From an uncultured bacterium (GTDB lineage: Bacteria > Patescibacteriota > Minisyncoccia > UBA6257 > 2-01-FULL-56-20): DNA of 48,809 nt. The notes below the pieces were generated by a model. That model did not search any database and was not told the origin of the DNA. It saw only the letters and a program-made list of their open reading frames with translations. Of this stretch, positions 9,041 to 18,376 are shown in pieces. The stretch lies in NCBI GenBank assembly GCA_963844965.1, contig CAWJQC010000001.1, positions 1-48,809 of the forward strand. Direction: 5' to 3'. How positions within the stretch are numbered: position 1 is the stretch's first letter; each line of letters begins with the position of its first letter. A program made the translations under genes and the position numbers.

Positions 9041-9487
9041 TCAATAGTTCGGCGGCGGACCCGACGGACCGGTTATGCGCGGCGGACCGGTCGGACCCTT
9101 GAAACCGGGAGGGACCCATTTTGTTGACGTTCCTGAATTGGTTGGCGATGACGGGATCGATGTTTCGGAACCGGAAGCCGAAGAAGAGGAGTCGGTTCCT
9201 GTTTTCGTTACGCCGGCATTACCCGCTGGCGTGGTGCTCGTCGCGAATTTCGGGATCAATTGGTAGAAAGAGTTTAGTATTTGAAGACGCGCGCTTTCGG
9301 AAAGAACGAAAATTGTTATGAGACAAACCGCTACGACCAAAGAAATTGTAAGAGCGAAAGACTTCACGGAAATGGAGTCGCCAATTAATGATTGCGGAAT
9401 TTTATTTTTTTCTGCGAAAGCCACGATTTTTTCCAGGGAGGCGCTTGCCGTGGCATATATAACAAGAATAACAAAAAAACCGCCCAA
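9041..9487 (-). CDS. hypothetical membrane protein with short collagen-like C-terminus
   Basis: 148 aa, two TM segments, C-terminus GFKGPTGPPRITGPSGPP. Confidence 0.45.
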   Translation of the reverse strand: MGGFFVILVIYATASASLEKIVAFAEKNKIPQSLIGDSISVKSFALTISLVVAVCLITIFVLSESARLQILNSFYQLIPKFATSTTPAGNAGVTKTGTDSSSSASGSETSIPSSPTNSGTSTKWVPPGFKGPTGPPRITGPSGPPPNY

Positions 9488-9515
9488 GCGGTAGCTTCAC
9501 CGAACGGTATTTTTC

Positions 9516-9524
9516 TGTTATAAT
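9516..9524 (+). promoter_or_regulatory. extended -10 promoter element TGTTATAAT about 15 nt upstream of tRNA-Arg
   Basis: TGnTATAAT consensus read directly. Confidence 0.4.
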
Positions 9525-9538
9525 GACTGCGTGCTCAG

Positions 9539-9610
9539 GCCCTCGTCGTTCAACGGATAGGACGCAAGATTGCGGATCTTGTAATCGAGGTTCGATTCCT
9601 CGCGGGGGCA
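9539..9610 (+). tRNA. tRNA-Arg with genomic anticodon GCG (unusual; ACG expected)
   Basis: GCCCTCG-TC-GTTC-AACGGATA-GGAC-G-CAAGA-TTGCGGA-TCTTG-TAAT-CGAGG-TTCGATT-CCTCG-CGGGGGC-A; 7-bp acceptor (one G.U), discriminator A, C35; CCA not encoded. Confidence 0.7.
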
Positions 9611-9629
9611 CGGTGTTATTATTAACATT

Positions 9630-10265
9630 ATGATAAAAGCTATTATTTTTGATTTCGACGGCGTACTCGCTGATTCAGAGCATGTAAATATCGAAAGTGG
9701 AATTCGTACATTCAGAGAGCTGGGGTACGAGTTAAACGATGAAGATAAAGGCTTTATCGTTGGGAAACATTCAAAAGACACCGTGCCCCATTTTATAAAA
9801 ATCAAAGACATCAACGTCCAAGAAGAACAGGCGGTAGAGCGTTATCGGGATATATTCGAGGATCTGTGGAGCGGCGGTGTGCAGGCGATGCCTGCCATTG
9901 AAAAGACGCTGCATATTTTAAAGCAAAAGAATATTGTCTTGGCTCTTGCGACGAATAACAGGCAATCAAGAGTAGACGCCTTCCTGAAGCAGTTTAAACT
10001 GGAAGACGTCTTTTCGGTAATCGTAGACAATAAACGGGTAACCAGAAGGAAGCCCGACCCCGAGGTATACCTTAAAGCATTAGAAGAACTTCACTTACCT
10101 CCGGATGTCGTTCTTGCCGTTGAGGATAGCAATGTTGGATTAGAGGCCGCAAAAGCGGCAGGATTGCGCTGTGCGGTCATACCAAATAAATATACGAAGA
10201 GTCACGATTTTTCCTCTGCGAATTTCATATTAAAAACTCCGCAAGATTTACTAAGCCTTATCTGA
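9630..10265 (+). CDS. HAD-IA family hydrolase (beta-phosphoglucomutase-like)
   Basis: MIKAIIFDFDGVLADSE (motif I DxDGT/V), ...LALATNN..., ...AVEDSNVGLEAAKAAG. Confidence 0.8.
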   Translation: MIKAIIFDFDGVLADSEHVNIESGIRTFRELGYELNDEDKGFIVGKHSKDTVPHFIKIKDINVQEEQAVERYRDIFEDLWSGGVQAMPAIEKTLHILKQKNIVLALATNNRQSRVDAFLKQFKLEDVFSVIVDNKRVTRRKPDPEVYLKALEELHLPPDVVLAVEDSNVGLEAAKAAGLRCAVIPNKYTKSHDFSSANFILKTPQDLLSLI

Positions 10266-10349
10266 ACCTCGCTCGGGCCTGGGTCTGCACAATCAGGTCC
10301 CCTTTATTTTATTAAACGTCAACATCGTTCGAATATTGTCCACTCCTGT

Positions 10350-10590
10350 GCATAGACTTGAGCGCCAGTTCAAGAGGCCGGGGCGCATGGATTTTACGGT
10401 AGTTTTTTGAATGCAGATCAAACGATGAATTTAGGCAAGAAGAGCCGTCTTGAACCCTTGCCGTTCAAACCCCAAAGCGTTTTTGAGGGGTCTGAGGAAA
10501 AAGTATTGAAAAACCCATGCTCAACTCTGAAAATTCTGGTTCGAATCCTGGGCGGGGGTTCCTAAATTGAATTGTTTTCTCGTAAAGATT
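10350..10590. other. non-coding region with tRNA-like T-loop motif (GGTTCGAATCC) and a tmRNA-5'-like segment (GGGGCGCATGGATTTTACGG); candidate structured ncRNA, identity unresolved
   Basis: No credible ORF in about 390 bp between the HAD gene and the terminator of the 10658 gene; motifs read directly. Confidence 0.2.
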
Positions 10591-10592
10591 TG

Positions 10593-10626
10593 ATAAAAAA
10601 AACCGCGCGCAGGTAACTGCGCGCGT
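10593..10626 (-). terminator. rho-independent terminator of the surface-protein gene (CCGCGCGCAG-GTAA-CTGCGCGCG followed by T8 on the minus strand)
   Basis: aaaaaaaaccgcgcgcaggtaactgcgcgcg read directly. Confidence 0.65.
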
Positions 10627-10657
10627 AGTGGGGACAGCAAAGAATTGGATGGGATGA

Positions 10658-11935
10658 TCAAGGTACCGTCGCCTGTACCTCGTTCGAGTCCGCACTCTGT
10701 GTAACATCATTCGAAGCTACGGCTGTAACCACATAGTAGTACGTTTGCCCTGCCTGCACAATCGCGTCGCAGTACGTGGTTCCGTTTACAGGCGAGGAAT
10801 TCAATGGCATTGTGCTCTCTCCGCCCGAGGCAGTGCCACGGTAAACATCGTACCCAACTACGCCGGGAGTCGTGCTGGCGGTCCAGGATAGAATCACGTC
10901 GTGCGTTCCTGCGCCGGAGAGACTCACGGTCTGCGGGCTGCCGCTGGCATTGTCTGTGAGACTGAGCGTGGCTGCACGCTGTCCCACGGCGGAAGGCGTG
11001 AAGGCGATTCCGATCGTACAGTTGCCGCCCGCCGCAACCGAACCGCCGCAGGTGTCTGCTATCTCAGCAAAGTCGCCGGCATTGGTGCCCGTGATTGCGA
11101 GGCTGGTAATACTCAGGGCCGCGTTGCCAGTGTTGGTCAGGGTGACGGTCTGAACCGAGCTCGTAATGTCGACGGGTTGGTTGCCGAAGGCCAGGCTGGC
11201 GGAGGAGAAACTGGCCACAGGCGCGGTGCCAGTCCCAGATAGGCTCACTGTCTGTGGGCTATTGCTGGCGTTGTCAGCAATGCTCAGCGAAGCCGCACGG
11301 CTGCCACTGGCCGATGGTGTGAACATGACGCTGATCGTGCAGTTCCCTCCTGCCCCGACCGAACTCCCGCAATTGTTGCTCTGCGAAAAGTCACTGGCGT
11401 TCGTGCCCGTCAACCCCAGACTGGTGATAGTCAATGCGGCATTGCCGCTGTTAATCAGGGTGACGGTCTGAGCCGAACTGGTTGTGCCCACAGACTGGCT
11501 TGCAAAGGCTAAACTGGTTGGAGAAAGACTGGCTACGGCTGCATTGCCAGTCCCGTTTCCGGACAACGAAATCGCCAGCGCGTTCGTCGCCGTACTGTTG
11601 ATAGTCAAGGTTCCGGTTACGGCACCGCCTGCAGTTGGCGCGAAGGTTACTACGAATGTCGTCGTTGCTTTCGCAGCCAGCGCTTTGGGAAGTGTTATGC
11701 CGCTTACGCTGAATGTGGTGTTGCCGGTTATCGGCAACGACTGGATGGTAACGCTGACGCTCCCTGAATTCGTTATTGTGAACGACTTTTGGCCTTTGCT
11801 TCCCAAGTTGACATTGCCGAAATTGTTGCTCGTCGGCGTAACCGCGATTGTCCCGGCATTGCCTAGCAATCTTGTCGGAAACAAAACGGCCAGAAACAAT
11901 ACCAAAAGAATGGCAATAGTCCCTGCTTTTCTCAT
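10658..11935 (-). CDS. secreted surface protein: three choice-of-anchor-D-like beta-sandwich repeats plus C-terminal fibronectin type III domain
   Basis: Signal peptide; repeats FGNVNLGSKGQKSFTITNSG / LAFASQSVGTTSSAQTVTLINSGNAALTITS.. / ..GGNCTISVMFTP; C-terminus YDVYRGTASGG...YYYVVTAV is Fn3-like. Confidence 0.6.
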   Translation of the reverse strand: MRKAGTIAILLVLFLAVLFPTRLLGNAGTIAVTPTSNNFGNVNLGSKGQKSFTITNSGSVSVTIQSLPITGNTTFSVSGITLPKALAAKATTTFVVTFAPTAGGAVTGTLTINSTATNALAISLSGNGTGNAAVASLSPTSLAFASQSVGTTSSAQTVTLINSGNAALTITSLGLTGTNASDFSQSNNCGSSVGAGGNCTISVMFTPSASGSRAASLSIADNASNSPQTVSLSGTGTAPVASFSSASLAFGNQPVDITSSVQTVTLTNTGNAALSITSLAITGTNAGDFAEIADTCGGSVAAGGNCTIGIAFTPSAVGQRAATLSLTDNASGSPQTVSLSGAGTHDVILSWTASTTPGVVGYDVYRGTASGGESTMPLNSSPVNGTTYCDAIVQAGQTYYYVVTAVASNDVTQSADSNEVQATVP

Positions 11936-12073
11936 CTAATCCGACCCCCTTTCAAAGAGGAAATATAAGGCTTTGTGAAGAAAACTGCCCCCAGTGTACT
12001 CTAAATTAAGATATATGTCAAGTGCTATGGGCACTTGACTTTTTTAAACAGTATGTTATTATATAGGAATCTT

Positions 12074-15000
12074 ATGACTTATCAACACATTTACAAAGCC
12101 ATTTTGTCAAGGTTCACCGCTACACTATTCCTTGCGGCGCTTGCTGTGTTTTTGGGTTTTATCCCTGTTCACGCCGCGATTTACAATGCGAGCGGCCTCC
12201 TTGGACACATAGACCAAAGCGGAAATCCCATATACACGTCCGGCGGAATGAACAACGGACCGAACGCCAAGGGTTTGTATGTTCCGGCCGATACGGCACT
12301 CGATGCGGTAAATCACCGGCTTTTCGTGGTGGACACCAACAACGCCCGCGTTCTGGTTTTTTCTCTGACCTCTGCGGATGGCATTTCCTCCGTAACTCCT
12401 TCTTATGTGATAGGGCAAAGCGATTTCGTATCGGCTGACGCGGCGACCGTGTCGCAAAACCGGCTAGCGTATCCCGTAGGCCTCGCCTATGATTCCGCGA
12501 ACAGCCGGCTTTTCGTTTCCGATCAGGTTAATAACCGCGTCCTGGTGTTCAATGTCGCTCCGGGAACGATCGCGAACGGCGAGAACGCCTCTTATGTTCT
12601 TGGTCAAGGAAATTTTTCTTCTAACTCTGCCAACACGACCCAAAATGGTCTTAGTACTCCTTACGGACTTGCCTATGACGCCACAACGACGCGCCTTTTC
12701 GTTTCGGACCAGACGAACAACCGCGTTCTGGTGTTCAATGTGGCGGTTTCTTCCATGTCCAACGGAATGAACGCATCGTATGTCCTGGGGCAAGCTAATT
12801 TTACATCATCAGCCGCAGCCACTAAGAGCAGCGGCTTGAATACGCCGTATGGTGTCATGGTGGACGGCAATAGCCGCTTATTCGTCGCCGATAGCGGGAA
12901 CAACAGAGTTTTATATTATAGCGTTTCATCCATTACGAACGGCAAAGCGGCAACGAGGGTTTTGGGACAAGGAACTAGTTTTACCACATCGGCCGCGGCC
13001 ACGACACAATCTGGTCTTTCCGCTCCGCAAGGCCTGGCTTACGATTCCAAGTCCAACCGTCTTTTCGTCGCGGATGACGGCAACAACCGCATAATGGTGT
13101 TCTCCGTGGGAACGGGGAATTTCACGAGCGGGATGAATGCGTCATATGTTCTGGGACAGACTTCTTTTACTGCGGCCGCCGCCAATATTTCACAGAACGG
13201 CTTGAGCGCTCCATATGGTCTTGCCTATAGTTCCGCGAACAGCCGGCTTTTCGTCGCGGACCAAACGAACAGTCGCATTATGCTTTTTAACGCGGCTACC
13301 TCAACCATCTCTAACGGTGAAAACGCTTCCGGTTTGTTTGGCCACACGGACCAAAACGGGAATCCATTGTATACCATAGGCGAACCGAACAACGGCCCGA
13401 GCGCTCAGGGGTTTAATTATCCTTACGGAACCACGCTTGATGCCGTGAATCATCGTCTTTTTGTTTCCGATCAGACGAACAACCGCGTCCTGGTTTTTGC
13501 TTTGGATTCAAACAATAATATTTCAGCCACCACCGCCTCCTATGTTCTGGGTCAGAGCAGCTTCACTGGTTCGTCCCCGTCAACTTCACAGGGCGGTCTC
13601 AGCGCTCCACATGGTTTGGCATATGACGCGGCGAATAACCGTCTGTTCGTGTCCGATACCAGCAACAACCGCGTCCTGGTGTTCAATGTCGCTCCGGGAA
13701 CGATCGCGAACGGCGAGAACGCTTCGGTGGTTTTGGGACAATCTTCTTACACGACTTCGGATCCCGCCGTCACCCAGAACGGCCTCAATGCTCCCTATGG
13801 TCTTGTCTACGATCCGTCGAACGGCCGCCTCTTCGTAGCGGATAACAGTAACCAGCGCGTAATGGTCTTCAATACCATCGCGAACGGAGCGAACGCCGCT
13901 TTTGAGCTCGGTCAGAGCGACTTTGTGACATCCAATTCCGCCGCAAGCCAAAGCGGGCTCTCCGGCCCCGCCGACCTTGCTTATGACTCCTCAACGAGCC
14001 GCCTTTTCGTGGCCGATCAGATAAATAACCGCATCATGATTTTTAATGTTTCAACATCCACGATGGCGAACGGCAAAAATGCCGCGCACGTTTTGGGTCA
14101 GGCTGATTTCACGGCATCCAATGTCAACACAACCCAAGGGGGATTGAGCGGCCCTTACGGACTTGCGTACGACGCGACGAGAGGACAGCTCTACGTCGCG
14201 GACGTCAACAACAGCCGCATTCTCGTGTTCAACGCGATAGTTTCCGCGCTGGCCGACGGAGAGAATGCGTCAAACGTTTTGGGAACAGCGGATTTTGTCT
14301 CGGTTGGAGGCGGCACGTCGCAGAGTTCGGTCAATTCTGACAATTCGCTCGCAGATGATACCGCGAGTAACAGACTTTTTGCGGTAGACGGCCCCGATAA
14401 TCGCGTCACAGTCTTTTCATTGGTGAGGGTCAATGCTGCGTCCCTGCCCGGCGGCACGGTCGGGGCAGCTTATTCTGCGACAATCACGGCTTCGCAGTCG
14501 CAGGGAACGCTGAGCTTTGCAATCGCGAGCGGCAGTCTGCCGCCGGGACTTTCTCTGAACGCTTCTACGGGCGCGATATCGGGAGCGCCGACGGTCGCGA
14601 CAACGTCCGTCTTTGTGGTTGAGGCCGACGACGCATTCTCCACAGGCTCGTTCTTTGACCGCGCGACGTTCTCCATTACTGTTTCCGGGGGCGACACCAC
14701 TCCTCCTTCCGTCCCCACAGGACTCATGGCTACCGGAACGACCACTTCCACCATTTCCTTGTCCTGGACCGCTTCTACCGATTCCGGTGGCAGCGGACTT
14801 GCGGGATACAAGATATACAGGGACGGCACGCAGGTGGGAACCTCTACGGCTCCAAGCGCGACCTTCACCGACACCGCCCTTACAGCGTCCACGACCTACG
14901 CATATACGGTCAGTGCCTATGACAACGCCGGAAACGTTTCCGCGCAGTCATCGGCGATAAACGCCACGACCCAGTCTCTTTCCGACACGACGCCTCCCTC

Positions 15001-16621
15001 CGTACCGTCAGGACTTGCTGTTTCAACGACCACGTTGAGTTCGGTGTCGCTCACTTGGACCGCCTCTACGGACAATGTCGGTGTCACGGGATACGAGATC
15101 TACCGCAACGGCACGCAGACCGGAACTTCCACCTCGACCTCTTTCACAGATACCGGTCTTACGGCCTCAACTACATATTCCTATGCCGTCTCTGCCTATG
15201 ACGCAGCCGGCAACAACTCGGCAACCTCAACCTCTGTGAGCGCGACAACTTCGGCAGCGAGTAGCGGCGGTGACAGCGGCGGAGGTAGTGCTTCAACAAC
15301 TGTCACACTTTCTGCGATTACTGGGCCAACCGTCACGGTTGGAGACACTGCCGCCTTCACTGCAAACGCAACGGACTCTGATGCCAGCGGCACCGTTTCA
15401 TACGGCCTTACCGGCGCTCCTTCCGGTGCAACAATTGACGCATCATCTGGTGCGTTCTCGTGGAACACAACCGGAGTCACACCTGGCACATACACCTTCT
15501 CAGTGACTGCAACCGGCAGCACCGGTGGCTCTGATAGTAAGGACGTCTCAATTACGGTAAATGCGGCACCTGTGCCCGCGACGAGCACATTGAACGTTAC
15601 AGTGTTGGTTGACAATTCGCAGGGCGGCTTGGCAACCCCCTCCGACTTCACGGTCAGCGTTTATGCAAGCAATCCGAGCACATCCACCTTCCCGGGAAAC
15701 GCTTCAGGCACTACTGTGACCGTTGATGAGAATACTACCTACAGCGTGAATATTTCTTCGCTGAATGATTATTCTTCCGCTAATAACGGTAGTTGCGCTG
15801 GCACCACCGCGCCCGCCGGCAATTCAGTAAACTGTTCATTCACGGAAACATTCTTGCCCCTTATCTCACAACAGGGTTCGTCTAACCCGACCACTGATTC
15901 CATCACCGTAACCTGGACCACGGACCATCCGGCGACGAGCCGCGTGATCTACGACACCGTGTCGCATCCAACTTTGGGAGCGGCGCCGAACTACGGATAC
16001 GCCTATTCCACGGATGAGGACTCCACGCTTCTTACGAGCCACAGCGTGACTGTCTCCGGTCTTGCGGCTGGCACGACTTACTACTTCCGTGCTGTTTCCC
16101 ATGGCTCTCCCGAAACTGTAAGCGATGAATTCACCGGAACGACAACTTCGCCGGCGAGTAGCGGCGTGGGTAGTGCTACGGTCAGCGGCGGTGGCGGAGG
16201 GGGTGGAGGCGGCGGTGGTGGCGGAGGAGGAGGTGGTGGCGGAGGATATATTTCTCCTACCGAGCCAACCCAATCTCCGGCGTCAACTCAAAACGCCGCA
16301 GTGGACCCGAATGCCACACTCCGGTCTTTGCTGGAAAAGCTGCAAATCTTACTCGCACAACTGAACTCTAAATTGAAGTCGCAATTTACTCGCGATCTTA
16401 CCATAGGGTCGTCGGGAGATACCGTTCGCGTTCTTCAGACGTTCTTGAACATCAACGGTTATCCCATCGCCAGCACCGGTATCGGCTCTCCAGGCAACGA
16501 ATCCGCCTATTTCGGAGTGAAGACCGCCGCCGCTCTAGCTAAGTTCCAGGAGGTACACGGCCTTCCCCCAACCGGATACTTTGGCTCACTCACGAGGCAG
16601 ATAATAATGGGAATAAAGTAA
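12074..16621 (+). CDS. giant cell-surface protein: about 14 NHL repeats, Ig-like and Fn3 domains, 22-residue poly-Gly linker, C-terminal peptidoglycan-binding (PG_binding_1) domain. ORF track start 12035; ATG 12074 preferred because it follows a TGTTATTAT -10-like element and gives a signal peptide
   Basis: Repeated NNRVLVF(N/S) NHL motif; SLSWTASTD..GYKIYRDG Fn3; GDTVRVLQTFLNINGYPIASTG...LAKFQEVHGLPPTGYFG PG-binding. Confidence 0.7.
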   Translation: MTYQHIYKAILSRFTATLFLAALAVFLGFIPVHAAIYNASGLLGHIDQSGNPIYTSGGMNNGPNAKGLYVPADTALDAVNHRLFVVDTNNARVLVFSLTSADGISSVTPSYVIGQSDFVSADAATVSQNRLAYPVGLAYDSANSRLFVSDQVNNRVLVFNVAPGTIANGENASYVLGQGNFSSNSANTTQNGLSTPYGLAYDATTTRLFVSDQTNNRVLVFNVAVSSMSNGMNASYVLGQANFTSSAAATKSSGLNTPYGVMVDGNSRLFVADSGNNRVLYYSVSSITNGKAATRVLGQGTSFTTSAAATTQSGLSAPQGLAYDSKSNRLFVADDGNNRIMVFSVGTGNFTSGMNASYVLGQTSFTAAAANISQNGLSAPYGLAYSSANSRLFVADQTNSRIMLFNAATSTISNGENASGLFGHTDQNGNPLYTIGEPNNGPSAQGFNYPYGTTLDAVNHRLFVSDQTNNRVLVFALDSNNNISATTASYVLGQSSFTGSSPSTSQGGLSAPHGLAYDAANNRLFVSDTSNNRVLVFNVAPGTIANGENASVVLGQSSYTTSDPAVTQNGLNAPYGLVYDPSNGRLFVADNSNQRVMVFNTIANGANAAFELGQSDFVTSNSAASQSGLSGPADLAYDSSTSRLFVADQINNRIMIFNVSTSTMANGKNAAHVLGQADFTASNVNTTQGGLSGPYGLAYDATRGQLYVADVNNSRILVFNAIVSALADGENASNVLGTADFVSVGGGTSQSSVNSDNSLADDTASNRLFAVDGPDNRVTVFSLVRVNAASLPGGTVGAAYSATITASQSQGTLSFAIASGSLPPGLSLNASTGAISGAPTVATTSVFVVEADDAFSTGSFFDRATFSITVSGGDTTPPSVPTGLMATGTTTSTISLSWTASTDSGGSGLAGYKIYRDGTQVGTSTAPSATFTDTALTASTTYAYTVSAYDNAGNVSAQSSAINATTQSLSDTTPPSVPSGLAVSTTTLSSVSLTWTASTDNVGVTGYEIYRNGTQTGTSTSTSFTDTGLTASTTYSYAVSAYDAAGNNSATSTSVSATTSAASSGGDSGGGSASTTVTLSAITGPTVTVGDTAAFTANATDSDASGTVSYGLTGAPSGATIDASSGAFSWNTTGVTPGTYTFSVTATGSTGGSDSKDVSITVNAAPVPATSTLNVTVLVDNSQGGLATPSDFTVSVYASNPSTSTFPGNASGTTVTVDENTTYSVNISSLNDYSSANNGSCAGTTAPAGNSVNCSFTETFLPLISQQGSSNPTTDSITVTWTTDHPATSRVIYDTVSHPTLGAAPNYGYAYSTDEDSTLLTSHSVTVSGLAAGTTYYFRAVSHGSPETVSDEFTGTTTSPASSGVGSATVSGGGGGGGGGGGGGGGGGGGGYISPTEPTQSPASTQNAAVDPNATLRSLLEKLQILLAQLNSKLKSQFTRDLTIGSSGDTVRVLQTFLNINGYPIASTGIGSPGNESAYFGVKTAAALAKFQEVHGLPPTGYFGSLTRQIIMGIK

Positions 16622-16723
16622 CTACAAAGAAGGTGGTGAGTATGGCATCCGCCGACTCCGGGCGGCGAATTCCGATAGCTATGAAGCCAACTTTGCCATA
16701 CGTTTGGTTCATTGCGGTAGATA

Positions 16724-16760
16724 AATAAAGAGAGGCGTGCTTTGAGGCCGCGCCTTTTTT
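16724..16760. terminator. probable bidirectional terminator between convergent genes (GGCGTG..CGCGCC hairpin followed by T6)
   Basis: agaggcgtgctttgaggccgcgcctttttt. Confidence 0.35.
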
Positions 16761-16789
16761 CTTTCCCAATTCCGTGCCCGGATTGGTTT

Positions 16790-17260
16790 TTAGAAACCGA
16801 TGAGTTCCTCCAGTGTTTCCAGGAGGGAACGTTCGTGCTTTACCTGCGGGAGGATAGTTTGCAGTATTTTCTGGATTTCCGCCGTTCGCTCCTTTGGCAT
16901 TTTGATCTTGAGCGGAGTTTTGAGGCGCGCCCTGAATTGGAAATAAGTATTTGGCCAATCGGTTTGGAGATATTCGTCCACGCTGAAACTTTCCATTTCG
17001 CTCCAGGCGTAAAACTTATGGCCGCCGATATCAAACCCCCTTTCATTTATGGTGAATTCAACGAGCGGCGGTTCGCGATTTGCCCAGACGAGCACGAGAA
17101 TTTCCGCGACGACTATCAGGAATCCGAAAAGGAAATTTTTTTGCCAGACGGAAATCCCAACGATTACGGCCGCAATGATGATGGAAATCCAGTACCAGGA
17201 AACGCCTTTCGGCCGGTATTCAAATTCCGGCGCGCGCCATTTCAGTTCAAATGGATTCAT
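16790..17260 (-). CDS. hypothetical membrane protein (two TM helices)
   Basis: 156 aa, WYWISIIIAAVIVGISVW and FLFGFLIVVAEILVLVW hydrophobic helices. Confidence 0.5.
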   Translation of the reverse strand: MNPFELKWRAPEFEYRPKGVSWYWISIIIAAVIVGISVWQKNFLFGFLIVVAEILVLVWANREPPLVEFTINERGFDIGGHKFYAWSEMESFSVDEYLQTDWPNTYFQFRARLKTPLKIKMPKERTAEIQKILQTILPQVKHERSLLETLEELIGF

Positions 17261-17297
17261 ATACTAATTATAGAACAAAAAAGCTGAAGCTGAAAAC

Positions 17298-17326
17298 TTA
17301 AAACCCGTTAACTCGTTAACGGGTTG
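17298..17326 (-). terminator. rho-independent terminator of comF (palindrome AACCCGTTAAC-TC-GTTAACGGGTT followed by T-run on minus strand)
   Basis: Perfect palindrome read directly, followed on the minus strand by TTTTAAGTTTTCAGCTTCAGCTTTTTTG. Confidence 0.5.
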
Positions 17327-17349
17327 GTGATAGCCGCAAAGTGTTCGTT

Positions 17350-18039
17350 CTATGCCCTTGCGACAGCGAGGGCGATAATTTTCTTCGCGTCGGCGGATTT
17401 CAGGGCCAGCGCGGCTTCCAAAAATGTTGCACCCGATGTCGTGACGTCATCTATCAAGATTATTTTTTTGCCGCGGAACAGTTCCGGGTTTTTGATGCCG
17501 AAGCAATTCTTGACGTTTTCACTGCGTTCGCTCAGGTTTTTCGTTTCGCTTTGCGCCTTAGTGTTCTTCGTGCGCAGGAAATTTTTTGTTTCTAATAGGA
17601 GTCCGAAATGCGCAGCGAAAATTTCTGCGATCAGCTCCGACTGGTTGAAGCCTCTCTCGCGCGAGCGCCTGCCGGAGAGGGGGATTGGCATTACGAGATA
17701 TTCCGCGATAGGAATCCGCAGATTTTCCGCGTAGCGGACGAGAAGCCGCGCGAGCGGTTCGGCAGCAGATTTTACATATTTGAATTTCAGAAGGTGGACG
17801 AGATTTTTCACTATCTCGTCGGTATAATCGGTCGCCGCGCCGAGCGCGTAAGGAAAATCCAGATGGCACATTCTTTTTCCTTCGGCAAGACGCGCGCTGC
17901 ACTTACCGCAAAAGAGGGTGTTATTGACGTTTATTTTTGTGAGGCACTCTCCGCAGATTGCCGCACCGCTTCCCATCGTTTTTCCGCAGCCGAGACAGTT
18001 AGACGGAAAAATTAAGTCAATTAGTTTATCCAAGAACAT
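17350..18039 (-). CDS. comF: ComF family protein (ComFC; double zinc-ribbon plus phosphoribosyltransferase domain)
   Basis: N-terminal CxxC...CxxC...CxxC, C-terminal KKIILIDDVTTSGATF PRTase motif. Confidence 0.8.
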   Translation of the reverse strand: MFLDKLIDLIFPSNCLGCGKTMGSGAAICGECLTKINVNNTLFCGKCSARLAEGKRMCHLDFPYALGAATDYTDEIVKNLVHLLKFKYVKSAAEPLARLLVRYAENLRIPIAEYLVMPIPLSGRRSRERGFNQSELIAEIFAAHFGLLLETKNFLRTKNTKAQSETKNLSERSENVKNCFGIKNPELFRGKKIILIDDVTTSGATFLEAALALKSADAKKIIALAVARA

Positions 18040-18252
18040 ATCTGGTTGCTACATTGTTGCACTAAAAAGCGCGGAAAATCAAGCCCGGTAGTGGTTCTGC
18101 GATTGTAATTCGGATTGTATAGTTATCGCTGCACGAGTTCTCCTTGTTTGCTATTTTGTCGTAACAGGCAATGAAAAATCGTTCCGAATTGCGGTGGGTA
18201 TTGTCGCAGAACTACTACCAGGCAAGCCGTGTTATAATTCAAATGAAATGTG

Positions 18253-18376
18253 TCCCGTTAGAGACCGCTTCGCTACGGGAACGCCTCAATTACATAAACC
18301 ATGCCTTATTTGTTAAAAATAATAATGACAGATAACGATTCGTCTAACCGGCGAAGCGTTCCCTGTCTCTAACGGG
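18253..18376 (+). promoter_or_regulatory. structured 5' leader of the pil operon: long imperfect inverted repeat whose 3' arm contains the pilM start codon
   Basis: GTCCCGTTAGAGACcgcttcgctacgggaacgcc ... ggcgaagcgttccctGTCTCTAACGGGAT-GG (14-bp perfect core plus flanking complementarity); ATG at 18377. Confidence 0.3.

Noticed and set aside
9402-9611. ORF 9402..9611 (69 aa, minus)
   Set aside because: Overlaps the tRNA-Arg gene antisense; spurious
10465-10710. ORF 10465..10710 (81 aa, minus)
   Set aside because: Arg-rich low-complexity translation overlapping the stop and terminator of the upstream gene; no RBS; spurious
12125-16273. Multiple antisense ORFs (60-150 aa) inside the NHL-repeat giant gene and its neighbour
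   Set aside because: They lie inside, and antisense to, a long well-supported repeat-protein ORF. Their composition is Arg/Val-rich, typical of antisense frames of GC-rich repeats
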